The position numbers and the translations under genes are program-made. A stretch of 59,136 bases of DNA from an uncultured Bacilli bacterium (GTDB taxonomy: Bacteria > Bacillota_I > Bacilli_A > RF39 > UBA660), in assembly GCA_944371305.1 (NCBI GenBank), contig CALVXM010000004.1, positions 1 to 59,136 on the forward strand, written 5' to 3'. Under the pieces are notes generated by a model. The model searched no databases, had not been told where the DNA came from, and was given only the letters and a program-made list of their open reading frames with translations. Shown one piece after another: positions 21,713-30,058 of this stretch (the first letter of the stretch is position 1; each line of letters starts with the position of its first letter).

Positions 21713-21799
21713 CTAAATATATGCTCCAAGTATAATTATCAAAAGAATAAAAAGTACTAAAACGATAGCAGCTCCAGATATACCATTGTTACAACACAT
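21713..21799 (-). CDS. YjcZ family sporulation peptide (28 aa), not in ORF track
   Basis: MCCNNGISGAAIVLVLFILLIIILGAYI, RBS AAGGAGG; matches the GFALIVVLFILLIIVG-type YjcZ pattern. Confidence 0.82.
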   Translation of the reverse strand: MCCNNGISGAAIVLVLFILLIIILGAYI

Positions 21800-21831
21800 A
21801 TAAATCATCCTCCTTTTTGTCTTTTCACATT

Positions 21832-21858
21832 ATTGTATGGTATTTTGAAAGTTTTGTG
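21832..21858 (-). promoter_or_regulatory. sigmaK/sigmaE-like sporulation promoter
   Basis: CACA-15 nt-CATACAAT upstream of the YjcZ-like genes. Confidence 0.5.
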
Positions 21859-21939
21859 ATAGATAATGAAAAAATATTGTTTTTTTTGCTATATTTTGTT
21901 ATAATTGATTTGCATGTAATAAAGAAAGGATTTAGAAAA

Positions 21940-22935
21940 ATGAAAAACAAGAAAAAATATTTATTGCTATTATTATGCTTACCTCTTTTAATGACAGGTT
22001 GTAAGAAAATACCACAATTACAAGATGGTAAACAAGTCATTGTAGAAGTTAATGGTAAACAATTTACCGCAGAAGAATTCTTTGATGAATTAAAAGAAGC
22101 TGGAGGAACTGGCGTTTTAATTAATTTAGTTAGTAATTATATTACTGAACAAGAATTAACCGATGAAATGGAAAAAGATGCTAAAGAACAAGCTAAAGCT
22201 GAATATGATCAAATGTATGCAATGTATGCTAATCAATGGAATGATTTCTTAAATTATAATGGGCTTACTAATGGTGAACAATTATTAGAAGTTATTGAAG
22301 AATCATATAAACAAAATGCTGTTTTAGAAAATTATCTTAAAAATGATGTAATAACTGAAGAAGAAATTCAAGAATATTATGATGAAAATATTTATGGCGA
22401 AATTACAGTAAGACATATCTTAATTACTCCTGAAGTTGAAGATGATATGACTGATGATGAAAAAACTGAGGCTAAAAATAAAGCTTTAGAAGAAGCTAAA
22501 TCATTACTTGAACAAATTAAAAATAGTGATAATAAAGAAGAAAAAATCACTGAATTAGCTAAAGAAAAATCTGATGATACTGGTACAGCTAGTGAAGGTG
22601 GATTATTAGTTAATATTACTAATGAAAGTGGTTTAGTTGAAGAATTCTGGGAAGCATCTTTAAATTTAGGAGTTGGCGAATTAACTGCTGAACCAGTTGA
22701 AACTGAATTTGGATACCATATTATTTATAAAGTTAGCCAAAATGAAAAACCTGCCCTTGATACAGTTAGAGATCGTGTTTTAGATAACTTAACTACTGAA
22801 ATGTTAAGTGCTACTAATGCATCACAAGTTTACTGGGCTGGTTTAAGAGAAAAATATAATATGGTAATTTATGATGATGTTATCAAAGAAGCTTATGATT
22901 CTACAATGAAAAATTTAAATAAAGAAACTGAATAA
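21940..22935 (+). CDS. prsA: Foldase PrsA-like peptidyl-prolyl isomerase lipoprotein
   Basis: Lipobox LMTGC, parvulin motifs VRHILI, SDDTGTASEGG, ETEFGYHII; start refined to 21940. Confidence 0.9.
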   Translation: MKNKKKYLLLLLCLPLLMTGCKKIPQLQDGKQVIVEVNGKQFTAEEFFDELKEAGGTGVLINLVSNYITEQELTDEMEKDAKEQAKAEYDQMYAMYANQWNDFLNYNGLTNGEQLLEVIEESYKQNAVLENYLKNDVITEEEIQEYYDENIYGEITVRHILITPEVEDDMTDDEKTEAKNKALEEAKSLLEQIKNSDNKEEKITELAKEKSDDTGTASEGGLLVNITNESGLVEEFWEASLNLGVGELTAEPVETEFGYHIIYKVSQNEKPALDTVRDRVLDNLTTEMLSATNASQVYWAGLREKYNMVIYDDVIKEAYDSTMKNLNKETE

Positions 22936-23058
22936 GTATCAAATATTGATACTTTTTTCTTTGCATATATTCAATAGTGTAATATTGCTATAATTAATAG
23001 TATTATGCTAATAATATTTATAAATAAAAAAACCTTTCATTTTAGAAAGGTTTCATCA

Positions 23059-24294
23059 TCAATATTGAGTAGTTTTATCGTACCAATAAACGCCCTTACT
23101 TGGGAAATTAATATATAATTCAGGTCTTAGGAAACCTGCACGTAATGCATATATACCATCAGAAAATACCATATTAGAAAGCTCTAGGTGTAAATGAGCT
23201 CCAGTTGTACACGTATCCCAATATTCAGTGTCAGGATTACCACCCATAACTGCTATTTGGGTGCTTTTAGTAACAGTATCACCTTGATTAACTAAAACTC
23301 TTCTTAGATGCCAATAGCCACTTGTATAAATCTGACCATTGATATTGTGTTGGATATAAACTTTATTTCCACCACATCCATGAGGATTTGATTTTTCAAC
23401 ATAAACAACCATTCCATTAGCAATTGGATAAATTGGATAATCAGTCGTATTAGCCGCACTAGCTGAAATATCTAATCCATGGTGAAAATCTGAACTGCCA
23501 TTGAATGGATCGATACGCCATCCTGAATATCCAGAGATGTAACCAGTTACAACTGGTCGCCACATGCTAGTATCTGGTGGTAAAATATTTTTCCCACAAA
23601 CCCTGATATCTTCATCATCTTTACATCCTTTATCAGAATATAATTCAATTTCTGCTTCCATAGCTTCTAATTGTTCTTCAATGGAAAAAGCATCATCATC
23701 TAATTCTTCTAATTTATTATTTATTTTTACTAATTCACTTTGTAAATCTTTTTGTTCTTTTTTTAATGATTCTTTTTCTTGTTCTAATTCTTGTGTTTTC
23801 TTTTTACTTTCTTCAATATCTTTTTTAAATTGATCAACTAATTCTTCATTATATGAAGTTAGTTGTTCTGATACAGCTAATCGATAAATGAAATCCGTAA
23901 AATCCTTAGCGCCAAAAGCGTACTCTAAATAAGCTGATTCACCATTAGCTAATTGGAAAAATACTAATATATCCTCAATTTCTTGTTGTTTTTCCAATAT
24001 ACTTTGATCTAATTCTTCGATTTGAATTCCTAAATCATGAATGTTATCTTCAATATTAGTCATATTTTGTCTAATTTGAGTAATTCTATTTTTCGTTTTA
24101 GCTAATTCTTCTTCATTTAATTCTTGTTGTAATTGATTTTCTTCATATTCTGCTTTTAAATCCTCTAATTCGTCTTTTAATTGCCCTAATGTTTTAGCTT
24201 CTACTTTAGGAACATAAAATGATGAAATCAATAAACAAACCATAAATATCATTTGTAACATTATTTTATTTATTTTTTTTATCATCACTTTCAC
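23059..24294 (-). CDS. Coiled-coil M23 family murein endopeptidase
   Basis: Signal peptide, long coiled coil, HHGLD and HLHLE M23 Zn motifs. Confidence 0.9.
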   Translation of the reverse strand: MKVMIKKINKIMLQMIFMVCLLISSFYVPKVEAKTLGQLKDELEDLKAEYEENQLQQELNEEELAKTKNRITQIRQNMTNIEDNIHDLGIQIEELDQSILEKQQEIEDILVFFQLANGESAYLEYAFGAKDFTDFIYRLAVSEQLTSYNEELVDQFKKDIEESKKKTQELEQEKESLKKEQKDLQSELVKINNKLEELDDDAFSIEEQLEAMEAEIELYSDKGCKDDEDIRVCGKNILPPDTSMWRPVVTGYISGYSGWRIDPFNGSSDFHHGLDISASAANTTDYPIYPIANGMVVYVEKSNPHGCGGNKVYIQHNINGQIYTSGYWHLRRVLVNQGDTVTKSTQIAVMGGNPDTEYWDTCTTGAHLHLELSNMVFSDGIYALRAGFLRPELYINFPSKGVYWYDKTTQY

Positions 24295-24304
24295 CTCAAC
24301 TATA

Positions 24305-24333
24305 ATTATATCATAATTTATCTAGACTGTCTA
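24305..24333 (-). promoter_or_regulatory. sigmaA-type promoter for the M23 peptidase
   Basis: TAGACA-17 nt-TATAAT with TG extension. Confidence 0.6.
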
Positions 24334-24365
24334 ATTATAAAATAAAACTTTACAAAAAAACTAAA

Positions 24366-24770
24366 TTAGTTTTTCTCTAATTTAGTTAATACTTGTTTTG
24401 TTACTTCAATAGCTTTTTCTTTAACTGAAGAAGCTGCTTTTTCTAAAACCGGCGTTCCTTTAGCTATAGCATAATCTAATAGCTCTTGTGATTTTTTTTC
24501 GATATCCTTAGCCTTTTTTTTAGCAATTTTTAAAACTTTCTCTTTATCTAAATCTTCTAATTCAGCTTTAATTTCATCAATTTTATTTTCAATATTAACT
24601 TTAACTTCTTCAATATCAATTTCTTTAGCACGAGCTATCAATTCATCAAATTTTTGTTTTAATTCTTTTCTTGTTTCAGATCCTTTTTTAGGAGCAAATA
24701 AAATTCCTAATCCAGCTCCAATGGCTCCTCCTAATAAAAATTTACCAAATCCACTTTTTTTCTTACTCAT
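24366..24770 (-). CDS. YtxH domain general stress protein
   Basis: FLLGGAIGAGLGILFAPKKGSETRKEL signature; start MSKKK. Confidence 0.9.
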   Translation of the reverse strand: MSKKKSGFGKFLLGGAIGAGLGILFAPKKGSETRKELKQKFDELIARAKEIDIEEVKVNIENKIDEIKAELEDLDKEKVLKIAKKKAKDIEKKSQELLDYAIAKGTPVLEKAASSVKEKAIEVTKQVLTKLEKN

Positions 24771-25050
24771 CTTTATCACCTTTCTTTTTTCTATTTAATA
24801 ACCACGTGATACCACTAGATATAGACGTTGCAATTCTATCACTAAAAGAATTAATAACATCAGTTGTATTATCAATCATATCAAACAAACCATTTAATTT
24901 AGTTACCTTATTATCAACATTGTCAATAACATTATTAATTCTATTTAAAGTACCTATCAATTTAATCACAGCAATTGTAGTAGCTACTACTAGTATAATC
25001 AAAGCTAAAAATAATATTACTATAAATAATTCTTTTAAATCAATTACCAT
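24763..25050 (-). CDS. YtxG/DUF948-like membrane protein
   Basis: N-terminal TM plus coiled coil, immediately upstream of ytxH. Confidence 0.6.
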   Translation of the reverse strand: MVIDLKELFIVILFLALIILVVATTIAVIKLIGTLNRINNVIDNVDNKVTKLNGLFDMIDNTTDVINSFSDRIATSISSGITWLLNRKKKGDKDE

Positions 25051-25053
25051 TTT

Positions 25054-25707
25054 TTATTCTCCTTTCTCATACATGCTATCGATTAAATCAAACAACTCAC
25101 TTTCCGTAATTGGATTTTCCTTTTTAGGAGTCATATGCTCTTCAATCATATTAACATCGTCATCGATAATATCGATTTCAGCTGGTTCCTCGACCAATTC
25201 ATCAAATAGATCTTCATTCTTTAACTCTTGATTAAACAAAATAGAATTATTGCCAATCAAAGTATTTTCTAAATCGTCTTCTAAAGTGCCATAGGCTTTT
25301 TTTCTAACCTCATCGATACTAACACTAGTATTAGTATAACTAATTTTTTTCTCTTTAACCGGTGCGATATCTTCTTTGTTGTAATTTTTATCTAAAACGC
25401 CATAAACAGGAGAAATTATCGGTGTTGGTTTAAAATGTTTTTTCTCCTCTTTTACCTTAGTTTGTTCTTTTAAGTAACTAGATTTAACTACTTCTTTCTT
25501 AGGTTGTTCTAATTCTTTAAAATATGCATCATCAAAGAAAATTGGTTGTGTTGGTTCTTTTTTTTCAACCTTTGGTTCTAAAGGAGCAACTTCCTTTTTT
25601 TCTTCCTTTGCGGGAGCTGGTATCTCTACTTGAATAACCTCACTTTTAATTGGTTCTTCTTCAACTTCGTCTGTAAATAAATTTTTCATCTTATCAAGTA
25701 AACCCAT
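25054..25707 (-). CDS. Hypothetical acidic protein
   Basis: 217-aa ORF with FKPTPIISPVYG motif, translationally coupled to neighbours. Confidence 0.7.
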   Translation of the reverse strand: MGLLDKMKNLFTDEVEEEPIKSEVIQVEIPAPAKEEKKEVAPLEPKVEKKEPTQPIFFDDAYFKELEQPKKEVVKSSYLKEQTKVKEEKKHFKPTPIISPVYGVLDKNYNKEDIAPVKEKKISYTNTSVSIDEVRKKAYGTLEDDLENTLIGNNSILFNQELKNEDLFDELVEEPAEIDIIDDDVNMIEEHMTPKKENPITESELFDLIDSMYEKGE

Positions 25708-26306
25708 TATTCCACCTCTTCTTCTAGTTTTAAGAAATTATCTGATTCTTTTTTAGAAGTAAAAATATCATATTTTTCTTCACTTACTAAAAATTCATCA
25801 TCTAAAACAGCACTTATTACTTTATCGTTAAATTTAACTGTCGACAAAATATACGAAGTATTTAAGACGATATCATTGATATCATCATAATCTGCTTCTA
25901 CTTCTATTTTAGAATAATTATACATAAATTCGATAAAATATCGATCATTTTCTTGTTTATTTATCTCTAAATAACCTTGCTTACCATTGATATCTATTTT
26001 TTTAGAATAATAAGCATTAGGATCTTCCTCATAATTTTTTACAACTTTGTGATAATAACTAACAACATCGATATAAAGATAATAATAATTACCATCTGAA
26101 TATAAAACATCGTTGTAATCGTTGGTATCCATATATGAGACACCACGAGGAATATAATATTTATAACCTTTGCCAATTTGATTATATAGATCATTATTTT
26201 TCGATAATACGACATTTACGATATTATCAATACTATTGGTATCAATTCTAACAACTGAACAACCACATAGTAAAAGTAGACTGCAAAGGAGTAAAAGTTT
26301 TTTCAT
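25707..26306 (-). CDS. Putative lipoprotein
   Basis: MKKLLLLCSLLLLCGC lipobox. Confidence 0.75.
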   Translation of the reverse strand: MKKLLLLCSLLLLCGCSVVRIDTNSIDNIVNVVLSKNNDLYNQIGKGYKYYIPRGVSYMDTNDYNDVLYSDGNYYYLYIDVVSYYHKVVKNYEEDPNAYYSKKIDINGKQGYLEINKQENDRYFIEFMYNYSKIEVEADYDDINDIVLNTSYILSTVKFNDKVISAVLDDEFLVSEEKYDIFTSKKESDNFLKLEEEVE

Positions 26307-26356
26307 ATATTCACCTACTCATTTATATTATAACAAATTTGGCAAGACTTTAGCAA

Positions 26357-27001
26357 TCAGTTTTTAATTTTTTCGTCAACTTTATGTATAGCAACCAACT
26401 TATAAATTTTATTACCTAATTTAACAAATTTTTTTTCATATTCAGTAGCAATATTATCTTCATTTAAATTAGCATATAAATCTAGGCTAACCAAGTCAAA
26501 ATAATAACCATTTTGACTAAGAGTTTGTAATGAATACTCAAATAATTTTTGATTGTCTGTTTTCATTTCGATTATATAATCGTCTTTAAATATCTTGGCA
26601 TATTTATCGAGGAAAATCTTACTAGTAAGCCTTCGGTTAGCATGCTTTTTCTTAGGCCAAGGATCGGAAAAATTTAAATAAATTTTACTAATATTTTTAC
26701 TAAAAAAATCAGTAATATTACTAGCATCTAAATTAATTATTTTAAGATTATCTAATTTTTCTTTTTCCAATTTTTTAACAACACTTACTAAAACTGTTGC
26801 ATATTTTTCAATTCCAATAAAATTAATATGAGGATTTTGTTTAGCTTTTTCTATAATAAAATCACCCTTACCCATACCTATTTCAATTTCAATTTTATTA
26901 GAATTATTAAATATTGGCTTGTTTTTATATTTCTCTATATTTATAACATAATCGCTAACTGCTATTATATCTTGTGCACCTTTTATATTTCTTAATCGCA
27001 T
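26357..27001 (-). CDS. trmB: tRNA (guanine-N7)-methyltransferase
   Basis: MRLRN start (27001), EIGMGKGDF, LNFSDPWPKKKHANRRLT, MKTDN, TEYEKKF; TGA stop. Confidence 0.97.
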   Translation of the reverse strand: MRLRNIKGAQDIIAVSDYVINIEKYKNKPIFNNSNKIEIEIGMGKGDFIIEKAKQNPHINFIGIEKYATVLVSVVKKLEKEKLDNLKIINLDASNITDFFSKNISKIYLNFSDPWPKKKHANRRLTSKIFLDKYAKIFKDDYIIEMKTDNQKLFEYSLQTLSQNGYYFDLVSLDLYANLNEDNIATEYEKKFVKLGNKIYKLVAIHKVDEKIKN

Positions 27002-27023
27002 AATTCCACCCAAAATAATTATA

Positions 27024-27050
27024 CACCAAAATAACATTAAAGCATATAAT
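27024..27050 (+). promoter_or_regulatory. sigmaK/sigmaE-like sporulation promoter
   Basis: CACC-15 nt-CATATAAT upstream of the Met/Pro/Gln-rich small gene. Confidence 0.5.
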
Positions 27051-27075
27051 TTATTAGAAACAAAAGGAGGAAATT

Positions 27076-27324
27076 ATGAAAAAAGATAGAAATTGTGGAA
27101 TGCAATATCCTAATATGGGAATGATGCCAATGCCAATGATGCCCATTCCTACTCAAATGCCTTACCAAAATCAAATGAATTATATGAATTATCAAACTGA
27201 TAATAATGATGCTACAATGAATGTTTTATCACAATTAAGCAACTTAGAAAAACGTGTAAGTACCCTTGAAGGTATCATTAATTCTAATAATTCTTATAAT
27301 ACTTCTAATTATCAAATGATGTAA
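27076..27324 (+). CDS. Small Met/Pro/Gln-rich protein, spore-coat-like
   Basis: Strong RBS AAAAGGAGG; low-complexity MPMPMMP repeats; followed by a terminator. Confidence 0.6.
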   Translation: MKKDRNCGMQYPNMGMMPMPMMPIPTQMPYQNQMNYMNYQTDNNDATMNVLSQLSNLEKRVSTLEGIINSNNSYNTSNYQMM

Positions 27325-27352
27325 AAACTTCACAATTAAGTGAAGTTTTTTC
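27324..27352. terminator. Bidirectional terminator
   Basis: AAAACTTCAC-AATTAA-GTGAAGTTTT between convergent genes. Confidence 0.75.
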
Positions 27353-29251
27353 TTAAAATTCATTAGGATAATTGATGTTTTTTTTCTGAGAATAAGCTAA
27401 ATTTAAAGCCGAATTGATTGTTATTTTAATTATTTTATTATTATTGACTAGATTATCAAAATAATCTAGTTCTTTTTGTTTATACTGACCACTTATTTTG
27501 ATATTTTTAATAAGTTTTAAATCAATCCCAAAACCAGTAGCAAAAATTAAATATTTTTCTAATTCAGCAAATTCTAAAGGTTCAAATTGATTTAAATCTT
27601 TCATATATTTTTTTAGACCAACTAAATAATAGTATTCTTCATTACCTAAAGCTGTTCTTTTATATAGAAAAACGAAATAAGGTAAAAAGATAATGGCAAT
27701 GATGATAATTATAACTGATGAAAAATAGGTATCTTTATCAAGTAAAAATAATCCTAATATTATTCCAAAAACACAAAAAATGATTCCGATAATCTTAAAC
27801 AATAAAGTATCTTCATAATAGTGTTTTTTATCTAATTCACGGTCGATAGCATTAAACCAATTAGAATAAGATTTTAAAAATTCTTCATAATCAATCTTAG
27901 CTCGTTGTTTAAATTCATCGATTGATATTTTATTTTTATTATCAAAAATAAATTTAACTAATTTCTCATCACTATTGTTTAAATTATCAATATTATTCTT
28001 TTTAAAAATATAACCTTTATTAGTTTTTTTAAATATTATTACTTTCTTTTTGATTAAATTTAAAATAGAAGCAATTAAATCATCATCAGTTACTTTTCTT
28101 CTTATTAAATATCCAATTATAGCTGGATTAGAATTATCAGCAATTTCTTTAAAATATTTTCTTTTAAATCTAAATTCGTACCTTTTATCATATCTTTTGT
28201 AAACCTGATAGGTAATAATGATAATGATAATTATCCAAATCATCATGATACTAGTTAAAATAACTTTATAAATATCTTCTCTTCTTTCAATTTTAGGTTC
28301 GATATTCATAAGTCTTATCAATAAATCAGTCTTAAGTTTATCTTTTTCATCTAACAAATTAACTCTTTTATAAGCTTCATTGTAGTCATTTCGACTAAAA
28401 CTATTTTCTGTTTTAATAACAGCATTATAAGCTTGTTCTTTTAACTGATTATATTCTTCGTCGCCTTCTTCGACATTAATTAAATTTTTCTCTACATCAT
28501 CGACAATATTCAAAACAAAAACATCTGATTTTTTATTTGAAGTTGTTATATTTTTATCGAAAATAACTCTAAGGTCAAGATTATTATTTTTTAAATTAGC
28601 GATATTAATCTTTATAGTTTCTTTATCGACTATTTTAATTTTACTTTCTACGTCATGAACCCAAACTTTTAAATTTTTCTTATTATTTTTGATATTAATG
28701 GTTATTTCTAAATTGTTAATCTCATCTATATCGTTAAATAAAAACATCGATAACTCAGAAGCATCTTGATGATTGATAACCATATTTTTTAAAGTATAAT
28801 CAAGATAAAAATCTTTATTCATTTTACTTGGGTTATAAATTTTATACTCGAGACCACTTTCGATATCAAAAGAAGTATAAACGCCATGGTTACCTTTAAC
28901 AGCATGATTTACTTTTTTAAATAAATCACCATTTTCCTTGAATTCTAAAAAATCTAAAGTATTTGAAAAATTAATAGCTCTTACCTCATTTAAAACAACC
29001 CCACTACCATTATATAATGATTTATCAGCTAAAACCATATTTTCAAATTTATATCCTTCATAATTATTAGCATAATAAATTTTTCTTTCACTACCATTAT
29101 ATTCACCACTCATTTTAAAAGCTTCTTGAATATGTAAATCACCATTTTCTAAAACATCAATATTAACTCGATAATCAGTTATTTCATATTCAGCTTTAAT
29201 AGTTGGCGCAAAAATGAAAAAAAACAATAAAAAATAAAATATTTTTTTCAT
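27353..29251 (-). CDS. DUF2207 family membrane protein
   Basis: Signal peptide, VNIDVLENGDLHIQE, PAIIGYL, LVGLKKYMKD, EKYLIFATGFG. Confidence 0.8.
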   Translation of the reverse strand: MKKIFYFLLFFFIFAPTIKAEYEITDYRVNIDVLENGDLHIQEAFKMSGEYNGSERKIYYANNYEGYKFENMVLADKSLYNGSGVVLNEVRAINFSNTLDFLEFKENGDLFKKVNHAVKGNHGVYTSFDIESGLEYKIYNPSKMNKDFYLDYTLKNMVINHQDASELSMFLFNDIDEINNLEITINIKNNKKNLKVWVHDVESKIKIVDKETIKINIANLKNNNLDLRVIFDKNITTSNKKSDVFVLNIVDDVEKNLINVEEGDEEYNQLKEQAYNAVIKTENSFSRNDYNEAYKRVNLLDEKDKLKTDLLIRLMNIEPKIERREDIYKVILTSIMMIWIIIIIIITYQVYKRYDKRYEFRFKRKYFKEIADNSNPAIIGYLIRRKVTDDDLIASILNLIKKKVIIFKKTNKGYIFKKNNIDNLNNSDEKLVKFIFDNKNKISIDEFKQRAKIDYEEFLKSYSNWFNAIDRELDKKHYYEDTLLFKIIGIIFCVFGIILGLFLLDKDTYFSSVIIIIIAIIFLPYFVFLYKRTALGNEEYYYLVGLKKYMKDLNQFEPLEFAELEKYLIFATGFGIDLKLIKNIKISGQYKQKELDYFDNLVNNNKIIKITINSALNLAYSQKKNINYPNEF

Positions 29252-29361
29252 AAAACCTCCTGTTTTATCTCACTTCGTCATCATTATATAATATTTTTTC
29301 TAAAAAATAAATACATATTTTATTGGTTTTTAGACAAAATAAATTTTGAAAGGAGAATTTT

Positions 29362-29568
29362 ATGAATATCGATATTAGAGCTCATATTAAAGATAATTTT
29401 AAAAGTGCGGAAACAGACGAAATAAAAGCTTCAATCGAAGCTTCAATTAAAGATCAAAATGAAATAACTTTACCAGGTCTGGGGGTGTTTTTTGAACTTT
29501 TATGGTCTAATAGTGATGAAAATAGTAAAGAATATATCCTAAACACATTAAAAAATTCTTTAAATTAA
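29362..29568 (+). CDS. sspI: Small acid-soluble spore protein SspI
   Basis: IDIRAHI...EITLPGLGVFFELLW signature of SspI. Confidence 0.9.
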   Translation: MNIDIRAHIKDNFKSAETDEIKASIEASIKDQNEITLPGLGVFFELLWSNSDENSKEYILNTLKNSLN

Positions 29569-29611
29569 TAAAAAAAGGTTGACAAAATCAATCTTTTCGA
29601 TTAGTATATAT

Positions 29612-29710
29612 GGTACCAATTCGAAATGAATTGGTGCTAGTATCACACTAGCCAACCCCTTTTTATTCTTTTATGCGAACTATTCCTCAGGGGGGAATAG
29701 TTCTTTTTTT
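29612..29710 (+). ncRNA. Candidate ~100-nt small RNA
   Basis: TTGACA(29579)-17-TAGTAT promoter, 11-bp 5' hairpin, unpaired CCCC motif, GAACTATTCC/GGAATAGTTC terminator with T run. Confidence 0.5.
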
Positions 29711-29792
29711 TATTCCCTTACAAATCAATTATATTATATGCTAATTTAATTAGTCAATATATTTTACGATGAATACTGTAAAGGTGTGTAAA

Positions 29793-29987
29793 CTATTTTA
29801 AAGTTAATTTATTTTTAGCCACTTCTTCTAAAGCTCTACCAATTGACTTTTTAGAAACATATTCATTTTCTTTTAATTGATAATGATTGGTTTCTTCAAT
29901 TTCATGTGCTCTTTTTGCAATAATATTTACTAATAAATATTTAGACCCAACTTGATTAAGTAGTTTATCAATAGATGGATATATCAT
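29793..29987 (-). CDS. rpoZ: RNA polymerase omega subunit
   Basis: MIYPSIDKLL...SKYLLV..IAKRA...ALEEV. Confidence 0.93.
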   Translation of the reverse strand: MIYPSIDKLLNQVGSKYLLVNIIAKRAHEIEETNHYQLKENEYVSKKSIGRALEEVAKNKLTLK

Positions 29988-30058
29988 TTTAATCACCTTC
30001 CTATATTAATCATAGAATAAAATTTAAATATTTACAACTAAATTCTTAAAACTTGACA

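Noticed and set aside
7689-26359. Possible genetic code 4 (TGA=Trp) as in mycoplasmas
   Set aside because: TGA ends the ybxB-like gene and trmB at plausible ends, and long genes are uninterrupted under code 11.
29560-29646. 28-codon GTG ORF on the minus strand as a type I toxin
   Set aside because: Runs through the predicted terminator before its stop and lacks a convincing TM helix.
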